64,000 bases of DNA from positions 18,767 through 82,766 of the forward strand of contig JAIBEW010000034.1 of the NCBI GenBank assembly GCA_019459085.1, read 5' to 3'. How positions within the stretch are numbered: position 1 is the first letter of the stretch; the number at the start of each line of letters is the position of its first letter. This document shows, piece by piece, positions 55,894 to 64,000 of the stretch. The notes beneath the pieces were generated by a model. It saw only the letters and a list, made by a program, of their open reading frames with translations. It did not search any database and had not been told where the DNA came from. This DNA is from Kaistella sp. (GTDB lineage: Bacteria; Bacteroidota; Bacteroidia; Flavobacteriales; Weeksellaceae). The position numbers and the translations under genes are program-made.

Positions 55894-58251
55894 ATGAGTC
55901 AAGTATCAAATGCAGCAGTGGAAGCTTCGGAGGACTATAACATCAATGAACTGGTAAAACCTTATCTCAGGAAATGGTGGTGGTTTGCCCTCACGGTAAT
56001 TGCTTTCGTTTCGCTGGCTGCTTTTTACCTAAAAACAGCAACGCCGGTTTACAGCATTAAATCTACCGTTCTCATTAAGGATACCAAGAAAACACCTTCG
56101 TCTGACATGGGAATGCTTTCAGAACTGGGCGGATTTGGCTCCATGGGGACGAACAGCATTGAAAATGAAATGGAAGTGCTGAAATCGAAAAAACTCATGC
56201 ACGATGTGGTAACCGACTTAGGCTTACAGACCGCTCTTATGAGTGAAGACGGCCTGAGAACCATTGAACTGTACGGGAAATCTGCCCCAGTGCTGATCCA
56301 ATTGATTCTTGAAAAGCCATATGATGAGCCTGTTGAGAATCCATTACGTTTAAAGATTTCGGGCGACCGCCTGGAAATTTCATCCGAAGAACTGCCCGGG
56401 ACCATTGTCACTACTTACCGGAAAACCATCAGTCTGCCCTACGCCAATATCATGATTCTGAAGAATCCTGATTATGTTCCCTCTGAAAAAGTAGAGCCGG
56501 GTACACTGGAAATTTCTTATACGCCCACTGATGCGGCGGTAAATGCCTACCAGAAAATGACGACGGTGAAACTGGTAAATGAGGATGCGACCGTTTTGGA
56601 ACTTTCAGTTAATTATGCCAATACCGAAAAGGGAAAAAAAATCATCAATAAACTGGTACAGGCTTATAACAATGATGCCATTGGGGATAAAAACGCAGAA
56701 TCGAAGAAAACCAAAGATTTCATTGATGATCGAATCGGGATTATCGCGAATGAGCTCGGTGAAGTGGAGGACCGGAAAGAACAGTTTAAAGTCGCTAATA
56801 AAATTACCGATATCCCGGCCGAGGCTTCCCTAACTCTGGGGAGCGCTGCTTCGGCACGGCAGAAAATATTGGAAACCGACACGCAACTCCAGCTCACAGG
56901 TGACCTGATCACCTATATGTCCCGGTTGGGAAGCAACCAGACTTTACCATCAAGTGTAGGGCTGAGCAATCCTACGGCTTCGGCCAATATCAATGCCTAT
57001 AACCAGCTGATTCTGGAGCGGAACCGGCTGCTGGAAAATGCGACTCCCGACAATCCGGTAGTATCGGACCTTAGCAAACAGATTTCGGTGCTGCGTTCTT
57101 CGGTGTTGGACGCCCTTGTTAAAACCCAGGTGGCCCTGCAAACTTCGAGAAACCAGATTGCCGGAGAGCAGAATGTACTGAGTTCCAAAATTACGAAGAT
57201 CCCGGCGCAGGAAAAAATGTTTCGCAGCATCGAAAGACAGCAGCAGACCAAAGAAAATCTTTATCTGCTTCTACTCGAAAAAAGGGAGGAAGCGGCTATT
57301 TCACTCGCCATTACGGCTCCAAAAGCCAGAATCATTGATACCGCTTACCCTTCGGAAAGACCGGTGTCTCCAAAAAAGATGATTACGGTGGGCGTTTCCC
57401 TGCTGTTCGGAATGTTACTGCCCTTCACCTTTATTTATCTGCGTGAGCTGTTCAATAATAAGATCCGATCCAAACATGATCTGGAAAAACTGTCGCATGC
57501 CCCGATTCTCGGCGAACTGCCCAGCGTGGAAAGAGGAAAAAGCGAACTGGTGGAAATCAACGATCTTTCTCCAATGGCAGAAGCCTTCCGAATCATCATC
57601 ACCAATATGAATTTCATGCTGCCGAAGAAGGATACAGGAAAGGTTGTTTTTGTTTCATCTTCGGTAAAGGGTGAAGGAAAAACCTTTGTGTCAGTGAATC
57701 TTGCGCTTACCCTTGCCACAATTAAGAATAAAGTGCTGATCATTGGATCAGACATCAGGAATCCCCAGCTTCAACGGTATAATACGGCCAGAAAAGGTCT
57801 GGCTGGATTAACAGAGTACCTGCATGATGAGCAGATTACAACACCGGATATCATTCATGTTTCGAGTTTCAATCCGAACTGTGACGTGATTTATTCGGGC
57901 AGCATTCCCCCAAATCCAACGGAACTTTTAGCCGGCCACAGATATGAACAGCTTATCGCTGACGTTAAAGACCATTACGACTATATTATTGTGGATACGG
58001 CACCTCTGATGCTGGTAACGGATACTTTCCTTTTTGCAGAGTTGGCTGATGCCACTTTATATGTAACCCGATCCGGTTATACTGAAAATACGCTGATTGA
58101 TTTCGCCAACAAGCAGATTGACGCCAAAAAAATTAAGAACGTTGCTTTTGTACTGAATGATGTGGACCGGGACCATTTCGGTTACGGCAACAAATACGGT
58201 TATGGGTACCAAGCGGAGGAAAAAAAATGGTGGCAAAAATTCGGCAGATAA
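55894..58251 (+). CDS. wzc: polysaccharide co-polymerase / tyrosine autokinase (Wzc family), copy 2
   Basis: 785 aa from the ATG at 55894. Walker [12 protein letters not shown], Walker B-like IIVDTAP, and Tyr cluster YGNKYGYGY. Confidence 0.9.
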   Translation: MSQVSNAAVEASEDYNINELVKPYLRKWWWFALTVIAFVSLAAFYLKTATPVYSIKSTVLIKDTKKTPSSDMGMLSELGGFGSMGTNSIENEMEVLKSKKLMHDVVTDLGLQTALMSEDGLRTIELYGKSAPVLIQLILEKPYDEPVENPLRLKISGDRLEISSEELPGTIVTTYRKTISLPYANIMILKNPDYVPSEKVEPGTLEISYTPTDAAVNAYQKMTTVKLVNEDATVLELSVNYANTEKGKKIINKLVQAYNNDAIGDKNAESKKTKDFIDDRIGIIANELGEVEDRKEQFKVANKITDIPAEASLTLGSAASARQKILETDTQLQLTGDLITYMSRLGSNQTLPSSVGLSNPTASANINAYNQLILERNRLLENATPDNPVVSDLSKQISVLRSSVLDALVKTQVALQTSRNQIAGEQNVLSSKITKIPAQEKMFRSIERQQQTKENLYLLLLEKREEAAISLAITAPKARIIDTAYPSERPVSPKKMITVGVSLLFGMLLPFTFIYLRELFNNKIRSKHDLEKLSHAPILGELPSVERGKSELVEINDLSPMAEAFRIIITNMNFMLPKKDTGKVVFVSSSVKGEGKTFVSVNLALTLATIKNKVLIIGSDIRNPQLQRYNTARKGLAGLTEYLHDEQITTPDIIHVSSFNPNCDVIYSGSIPPNPTELLAGHRYEQLIADVKDHYDYIIVDTAPLMLVTDTFLFAELADATLYVTRSGYTENTLIDFANKQIDAKKIKNVAFVLNDVDRDHFGYGNKYGYGYQAEEKKWWQKFGR

Positions 58252-58280
58252 CTTGAGCCAAATCAAATAAACGGTAAATC

Positions 58281-59711
58281 TTGAAATCTGAAACATTAAT
58301 TTCGGGCCTGAAATGGAGTTTCCTGGAGCGCGCTGCTGTTATTGTACTCCAGATCGCTTTGGAAATTGTTATGGCCCGCCTGCTGGTGCCTACCGATTAT
58401 GGGATCCTGGGTATGATTGCCGTTGTTATTGCATTTGCCAACGTGTTTGTTGACGGAGGCTTCAGCAATGCGCTGATCCATTTCCAGGACCGCAGGGAAT
58501 CTGATTATTCAGCAGTATTTTTCCTGAGTCTCGGCATCGGCCTGGGTGCGTATGGCTTCCTGTTTTTGGCTGCACCCGCTATCAGCTCTTTTTACGGTAA
58601 GGATCTTACCTTTATGCTGAGGATCATCGGCATATGCATTCTCTTCAATGCATTTGGTGTTATTTACCGGGCGAAAATGATCATTCAGATGAATTTTAAA
58701 AAGCAGACGGTATATTCTGCTGTTTCGATGTTGGTATCGGGTATGGCGGGAATTATTCTGGCATACATGGGCTACGGCGTATGGGCGCTTATCACCCAAA
58801 TGCTGGTGTATACCTTTTTTTATAATTTTTTTCTTTTTCTCCATCACCGCACGGTCCCGCATTGGAATATTGAAAAAGCAGCTCTGAAAAGGATTTTAGG
58901 TTTCGGAAGTAATATTTTCGTCTCTTCGGTCATTCACGGCATATATTTTAATGCCTACCCGGTACTCCTTGGAAAAGTATATCCTTCTAAGATTGTAGGG
59001 CTCTATACCAAGGCCAATCAACTTTCTATTTATCCGGCCGGTATATTTTCTGCGGTTTTGCAGCGGGTTTTTTTTCCTTTTCTATCGGCCATCCAGAGCG
59101 ATAGGGCCGCAGTGTATCAGCATCATCTTCGGTTTGTGAAATTTTATGCGCTCGTTTTTTTTCCGCTTGCAGCTCTGGTGATATTTTTTGCGGAGCCCCT
59201 AACGATTTGGCTGCTCTCTGAATCCTGGATTGAGATTGTTCTGCCGCTGCAGATCTTGATGCTGGCTAGTGCATTTTTCCCTGTCATCATTCTGAATATG
59301 AATATATTTCAGGTAGTCGGGAAAAGCGGACTGTTTTTACGTACAGAAATACTTACCAAAATCATTGGGATTGTTATCCTGTTTTTAACCTATCAATATG
59401 GCTTCATCATGGTGTGTTACGGAATTTTGCTGCAGATTTATTTACAGTTTGCCCTTACTTCAATCATTACATCCCATCTTCTGAAACAGAACCTTTGGGC
59501 TCAGTTGGCAGTGGTGATGAAAATTCTCATGCTGAACGGCCTGCTGTTCGCCGCATTGGTTTACCTGCAGGCCGCAACAGGTTTTGGATCCCTCTGGACT
59601 GCACCTGCAGGTGTTCTTCTCTTTATCATCCCTTATCTTGTAATAATTCGCTATTTTTACCGCGAAGATTTTGCCCATATGCTTCATTTTCTCCAAAACA
59701 GAATGCGATGA
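58281..59711 (+). CDS. wzx: oligosaccharide flippase (Wzx / MOP superfamily), locus 2
   Basis: 476 aa, polytopic. The N-terminal GLKWSFLERAAVIVLQIALEIVMARLL is typical of Wzx. A TTG start is implied because TM1 lies upstream of the first ATG. Confidence 0.7.
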   Translation: MKSETLISGLKWSFLERAAVIVLQIALEIVMARLLVPTDYGILGMIAVVIAFANVFVDGGFSNALIHFQDRRESDYSAVFFLSLGIGLGAYGFLFLAAPAISSFYGKDLTFMLRIIGICILFNAFGVIYRAKMIIQMNFKKQTVYSAVSMLVSGMAGIILAYMGYGVWALITQMLVYTFFYNFFLFLHHRTVPHWNIEKAALKRILGFGSNIFVSSVIHGIYFNAYPVLLGKVYPSKIVGLYTKANQLSIYPAGIFSAVLQRVFFPFLSAIQSDRAAVYQHHLRFVKFYALVFFPLAALVIFFAEPLTIWLLSESWIEIVLPLQILMLASAFFPVIILNMNIFQVVGKSGLFLRTEILTKIIGIVILFLTYQYGFIMVCYGILLQIYLQFALTSIITSHLLKQNLWAQLAVVMKILMLNGLLFAALVYLQAATGFGSLWTAPAGVLLFIIPYLVIIRYFYREDFAHMLHFLQNRMR

Positions 59712-60364
59712 TGCTACTCAGAATTGTAACGGCTTTTTTACGGTCATGGTATCATGATTACTGCTTGTACCGGCAGCAGGTGAGGTGGCGGCAGCTGAAC
59801 AGTCATAACCATACCGTGATTGAAAATAATTTTTCATTTGAAGGCATCGAAGTGGGAAATCATACGTACGGCCCACTCAGGGTATACCGATGGGGGTCGC
59901 CCGGCGAAGGGCTGAAAATAGGAAATTTCTGTTCGGTTGCTCAGGGAGTTAAGTTCATTTTGGGTGGGAACCATGATCTGAGTACGGTTTCCACCTATCC
60001 GTTTGCACACTATTTCGGTGGTGTACACGTTGTAGCCACCACCAAAGGCCCGGTCGTGGTGCAGGATGATGTTTGGATCGGTACCGACGCCACTATACTG
60101 TCTGGCATTACCATTGGCCGAGGTGCTGTAATAGCCGCCGGAAGTATTGTAACCAAAGATGTTGCGCCATATGCTATAGTGGGCGGTAATCCCGCGAAGA
60201 AGATAAAAATGCGGTTCTCGCCTGAAATTTCAGGCATCATCAGTCAGATCGATTATCAGCATCTGGATGGCGCTTCAGTGGAGACGCATCTTGAAATTCT
60301 ATGCGAAAAACTGGAGGATGGTGATATTTCCCGCGCAGTGAAAATCTGTAATACATTAAAATAA
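59708..60364 (+). CDS. hexapeptide-repeat O-acetyltransferase (CatB/Vat-like)
   Basis: 218 aa from the ATG at 59708 (ATGA overlap with the wzx stop). Motifs VGNHTYGP and VWIGTDATILSGITIGRGAVIAAGSIVTKDVAPYAIVGGNPA. Confidence 0.8.
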   Translation: MMLLRIVTAFLRSWYHDYCLYRQQVRWRQLNSHNHTVIENNFSFEGIEVGNHTYGPLRVYRWGSPGEGLKIGNFCSVAQGVKFILGGNHDLSTVSTYPFAHYFGGVHVVATTKGPVVVQDDVWIGTDATILSGITIGRGAVIAAGSIVTKDVAPYAIVGGNPAKKIKMRFSPEISGIISQIDYQHLDGASVETHLEILCEKLEDGDISRAVKICNTLK

Positions 60365-60376
60365 GCGGTGCACACC

Positions 60377-61471
60377 ATGGGATTAATAACGGTTATACTG
60401 ATTTTGCATTTATTTTTTGGACTGCTTATTGAAAATATTAGAAGCCGGTCTCTACCACTATTGCTCGGAATTCTTGTTTTTGCTCTTGCCGTAATATTCA
60501 CCGCTGGTATTACTTATAATGTAGACTGGTGGATGTATTATTATCTGTTTAAATACGAAAATGGGAGCACTGACTTTATGTTCCCGGTGCTCACAAAACT
60601 TTTTAAACTCCTGGAACTTCCTTATGCGGATCTGTATGTTTTTCATATCATTGGATCCTTACTTCTATTCTCTCTGCTGATTACGAGGTTTACCAGAAAC
60701 TATTTTTATGTTTTCCTCATCTATTTCCTGCTCGACTATGTTCACTTTAACAACCAGATCAGGTATTATTTTGGTTTTCCGGTATTAATGCTTGGAATGT
60801 ACCTGCTGCTGCACAAAAGGAAATATCTCTTTTCGGTTTCGTTTATTATACTGGGACTGCTGTTCCATAAGGGACTTTTCATGCTGCTCCTGTTCATTCC
60901 GGCCTACTTTTTTATTTCTACCGAGAAATACATCAAAACCATGTTACTTTTATCGGCGGTGCTTGCTGTTCTAATAATGGTCGTGGTGCAGTTCGGCATA
61001 GGCTTATCGCTGGAGCATTTCGACAACTATCTTGGTAGTGAGTATGAGGGTTCGCTGGTGGGCGGTGCATTCAATGCCTTGCCTTACCTTATTTATTTTA
61101 CTTTCATGCTAATCGAACACAGGAGAATCACGCGGAAATATCCTGATCTTTTGAAGGATAAGAATAATGAACTGTTGATGAAACTTTCGTTTTTTCCGTT
61201 GTTCTTTTTAGCGGCATCATTTTTTCTGCAGATTTTAGGACACCGCTATATCATGCCGTTTTCGATTTTTTGGTGTATTTATTATCTGAATATGATCCGC
61301 GGCTTACCACAGAAGGTCCGGTTTCCGAAAATGCTGCTTTTCAGCGCAGTACATTTTGCAGCCCTTTTCAGCATCTATTTTCTGCCGGATTACTTTCTGG
61401 CGAAAAATCATTTTATGAAACAGCTTGAAATGACGGTAGAGTCTATTCCGTATCTTAAAGACCTCTTATAA
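60377..61471 (+). CDS. EpsG-like membrane protein (putative polymerase), locus 2
   Basis: About 364 aa, polytopic and aromatic-rich, resembling EpsG/Wzy-type polymerases. A GTG at 60368 is an alternative start. Confidence 0.5.
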   Translation: MGLITVILILHLFFGLLIENIRSRSLPLLLGILVFALAVIFTAGITYNVDWWMYYYLFKYENGSTDFMFPVLTKLFKLLELPYADLYVFHIIGSLLLFSLLITRFTRNYFYVFLIYFLLDYVHFNNQIRYYFGFPVLMLGMYLLLHKRKYLFSVSFIILGLLFHKGLFMLLLFIPAYFFISTEKYIKTMLLLSAVLAVLIMVVVQFGIGLSLEHFDNYLGSEYEGSLVGGAFNALPYLIYFTFMLIEHRRITRKYPDLLKDKNNELLMKLSFFPLFFLAASFFLQILGHRYIMPFSIFWCIYYLNMIRGLPQKVRFPKMLLFSAVHFAALFSIYFLPDYFLAKNHFMKQLEMTVESIPYLKDLL

Positions 61472-61474
61472 GTT

Positions 61475-62356
61475 ATGAAAAAGCTATCCGTTATCATCGT
61501 TACCTACCATTCTCAGAAAGATATTCTGAACTGTCTGGATTCTTTATTTGCGACTGCCGATATTCCCAGAGCAGAAATAGAAATTATTATTGTGGATAAT
61601 GGCAGCCAGATTTCCTTTGAAGAAACAAGAGAACTGGTGACCCGGAAATACGGTGATGAAATCATCCTGATCCATAACCCGAAAAACGGAGGGTACGGCC
61701 AGGGTAACAATATCGGAATTGAAAGAAGCACTGCGGAAATCAACTGTATTGTAAACCCGGATGTTCTTTTTACGGTGCCGGTAATGGGAAAAGCGATAGA
61801 GGTTTTTAAAAATGACTCTTCTGTAGCGATGGTGGGAGGCAAACAGCACGGCGGACCCCATATTTCTTTCTGGATAAGGCCGGAATATGATTTCTTTCTT
61901 TTAACTGCGCCTCTTACCAAAGTTCTTAATCTGCTGGACATATATCTGCAAAAGTTTTTTTTTCTTTCAGGAACTTTCTTATTTATTGATAAAAATAAGT
62001 TTGATGAAATTGGCAGGTTCGACGAAGATATATTTATGTATGGCGAAGAAGCTGATATTACCAGACGTTTCGTTACAAAAAATTACCAGACCGTTTACCG
62101 GAGCGATTTCGCCTACCGTCATCTGATCGATGACCGTACAGCATCTAATGAAACAGACCTAAAGCGAATGCTGGTTTCGTATAAAATTTACTTTGCCAAA
62201 CATCATTTAAGTTACGGGGCTTATCTTAAACGCCGAATAATTTCTTTATATGTACTCATGATCATTGGTAAGGTTTTTGGAATGCAGAACCTGTACGCAA
62301 AAAATAAATCCTATCTTGATATTTTTAAAAAAAGTGCGGAACCGCGTGGAATGTGA
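61475..62356 (+). CDS. glycosyltransferase family 2
   Basis: 293 aa. Motifs LSVIIVTYHSQKDILNCLDSL, IVDNGS and a later YGEEAD. Confidence 0.8.
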   Translation: MKKLSVIIVTYHSQKDILNCLDSLFATADIPRAEIEIIIVDNGSQISFEETRELVTRKYGDEIILIHNPKNGGYGQGNNIGIERSTAEINCIVNPDVLFTVPVMGKAIEVFKNDSSVAMVGGKQHGGPHISFWIRPEYDFFLLTAPLTKVLNLLDIYLQKFFFLSGTFLFIDKNKFDEIGRFDEDIFMYGEEADITRRFVTKNYQTVYRSDFAYRHLIDDRTASNETDLKRMLVSYKIYFAKHHLSYGAYLKRRIISLYVLMIIGKVFGMQNLYAKNKSYLDIFKKSAEPRGM

Positions 62357-62357
62357 T

Positions 62358-63545
62358 ATGATAAAACAATTTCTTACATCTTTTGCAGTGACTTTAATGA
62401 TGCTGATGCCTCTCCCCAGTGCGGATGCACAGGAAATACCGGTGATGGCTTTTCACGGAGTACAGAAGGAGTATACGAGTGAAGCAAATTTTAAAATGCT
62501 AAGAGCGGCAGGTTTTAATATTAATTTCACCGTTTATTTAACCAATGATGAAGCCGCAAAAGCACTGGACTGTGCCCAGTTGGCGGGGGTTAAAATTTTA
62601 CTGTTTAGTGCTGAAATGGTGAGATTCCCAAAAGAAACCGTGCTGCGCTTCAGAAATCATCCTGCGCTGTACGGTTACTACGTTGGCGATGAGCCCAGCA
62701 CGATTCAGTTCAATCACCTTGCAGCCACGATAAAAGAAATAAGAAAGTACGACACCGTGCACCCTTCCTATATCAATCTGTTCCCCAATTATGCCGATAA
62801 TGAGCAGCTTAAAGCATTGTCGTATATTGATTATCTGCATAAGTTCATTAATACCGTTCCGGTGGATTTTATCTCCTTCGACCATTACCCATTAAGGAAT
62901 AATACCATTCATAAGGATTGGTATGCAAATATTGAAATGATTAAAAATGTTTCATTGATCTCTAAAAAAAATTTTTGGGGATTTGCCAATGCCACCGTTT
63001 TTGGACCGTATAAAACCCCTACACTTGCCGGCCTGAAACTCCAGATGTACAGCAATTTACTGTATGGCGCAAAAGGCCTGCAGTATTTTACTTACTGGAC
63101 GCTGGATGACGAATACTGGAGGAAAAATAAATTTGGACACGCCATTGTTGATGCGCAGGGTTTGCCCACGCCCACTTACGCTTTGGTGAAAAAAGTAAAT
63201 TTGCAGATCAGAAAATATGCTCACGTGTTTAATGAAAGCAAGGTTACAGCAGTATTCCACACCGACAAAACGAGTCCTCGTTTAACGGCCAAACTCCCAG
63301 CAATACCCCAAAATTTTAAGTATTTTTCTGCAACCGGGCCGGCTTTGGTGTCTTATTTTACAACAAGGGGCAAAAATTATGCGGCAGTGCTCAACAAAGA
63401 TATCTTTCGCCCCATGGTACTGTCTGCAGTTCCCGGAGCAGATTTAAAAATACTCGACCCCGACGCCGTGGAAAAACTGCTGCTGAAGAACAAAAGATAT
63501 TCCATCAATATCCTACCGGGGGATATGGCCATTTTTTGTCTGTAA
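62358..63545 (+). CDS. secreted TIM-barrel-like putative glycoside hydrolase
   Basis: 395 aa from the ATG at 62358. Signal peptide (MIKQFLTSFAVTLMMLMPLPSADAQ). The alternating beta/alpha pattern, with YGYYVGDEPS where GH-A clan enzymes carry the acid/base NEP motif, suggests a GH42/GH5-like fold. Tentative. Confidence 0.4.
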   Translation: MIKQFLTSFAVTLMMLMPLPSADAQEIPVMAFHGVQKEYTSEANFKMLRAAGFNINFTVYLTNDEAAKALDCAQLAGVKILLFSAEMVRFPKETVLRFRNHPALYGYYVGDEPSTIQFNHLAATIKEIRKYDTVHPSYINLFPNYADNEQLKALSYIDYLHKFINTVPVDFISFDHYPLRNNTIHKDWYANIEMIKNVSLISKKNFWGFANATVFGPYKTPTLAGLKLQMYSNLLYGAKGLQYFTYWTLDDEYWRKNKFGHAIVDAQGLPTPTYALVKKVNLQIRKYAHVFNESKVTAVFHTDKTSPRLTAKLPAIPQNFKYFSATGPALVSYFTTRGKNYAAVLNKDIFRPMVLSAVPGADLKILDPDAVEKLLLKNKRYSINILPGDMAIFCL

Positions 63546-63582
63546 TATTGCAGATGCGTTTGGTAGCCCGCGTAAAAATTTC

Positions 63583-64000
63583 ATGTACATGATTAAAAAA
63601 GCAATTGTCATTTCTGGTGTTAACCTCTCCGAAGGAGGTCCGTTAACCATTATTTCATCGGTTCTTGAGTTTCTGGATCAGAGTGAGTATGTGCAGAACT
63701 ATGACATTTTTGCACTTGTACACTCAAAAAAACTGTTCAAAGATCTGAAGCATATTCAGTTTCTGGAGTATCCTGAAGTGAAGGGTTCCTGGCTCAAACG
63801 GGTATTTTTTGAATATTCTGAATGTCTTGAAATTTCTAAAAAATTAAATGCTTACTTCTGGTTTAGCCTGCATGATGCATCTCCAAATATTGTTTCGTGT
63901 CATCGTGCGGTGTACTGTCACAATGCCTCTCCATTCTATAAACAGCGTTGGGTTAAATTTTTTAAATCGCCACTCCGTTTCCTCTACACCAAATATTATA
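63583..64000 (+). CDS. glycosyltransferase (GT-B, GT4-like), N-terminal part; 3' end outside the window
   Basis: The frame is open from the ATG at 63583 (or 63589) to the window end. My translation is MYMIKKAIVISGVNLSEGGPLTIISSVLEFL...AVYCHNASPFYK. It is not in the ORF track because no stop falls in the window. Confidence 0.5.
   Translation, partial: MYMIKKAIVISGVNLSEGGPLTIISSVLEFLDQSEYVQNYDIFALVHSKKLFKDLKHIQFLEYPEVKGSWLKRVFFEYSECLEISKKLNAYFWFSLHDASPNIVSCHRAVYCHNASPFYKQRWVKFFKSPLRFLYTKYY

Overview
All calls come from reading the sequence and recalling family motifs. No BLAST, HMM or folding was run. The window looks like a Bacteroidota/Flavobacteriia chromosome, possibly Chryseobacterium-group (Weeksellaceae). 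Support: a T9SS C-terminal sorting domain, TAnnTTTG -7 boxes, no Shine-Dalgarno sites, and a short ATP-cone-less RNR alpha subunit.

Gene content:
- 1-18.2 kb is housekeeping: valS 3' end, a DUF4241-like gene, an alpha/beta hydrolase, an HD hydrolase, a MacAB-like ABC efflux set (adaptor, two FtsX permeases, ATPase), nrdB and nrdA, a DUF72 gene, glyA and recX.
- 18.9-22.7 kb encodes a 1257-aa T9SS-sorted surface protein.
- 23.1 kb encodes an 86-aa secreted protein with a PEP-CTERM-like tail.
- 24.3-49.7 kb is a Wzx/Wzy-dependent polysaccharide locus. It holds wza, wzc, a UDP-HexNAc dehydrogenase, several DegT-family genes, an FdtA-like cupin pair, MaoC, an LbH acyltransferase, fnlA/B/C-like genes, glycosyltransferases, wzx, wzy, a PglC-like priming transferase, and a GNAT / DegT-like / FemAB-like trio.
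- 49.8-51.3 kb holds a DUF421 protein with a zinc ribbon and a reverse-strand TagD-like cytidylyltransferase.
- 51.9-64 kb is a second locus: PglE-like, PglF-like, a second wza/wzc pair, wzx, an LbH acetyltransferase, an EpsG-like polymerase, GT2, a secreted TIM-barrel-like protein and a partial GT.

The most unusual signal is non-coding. At least a dozen intergenic spacers are built from degenerate tandem 7-nt (locally 8-nt) words.
- The words form a conserved module order that recurs six times, always on the + strand.
- Purine-rich words start at or just after stop codons. Nearly G-free CA-rich words run up to start codons.
- One roughly 90-nt module is 92-94% conserved by eye and behaves like an insertion.
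- I do not know of a published description of this architecture and cannot check.

Gene-level candidates worth follow-up:
- a DegT paralogue with Arg in place of the Schiff-base Lys;
- the GNAT / DegT-like / FemAB-like trio;
- the small PID-motif sorting-signal protein;
- a four-helix-bundle gene with an in-frame TAA inside the fnl operon.
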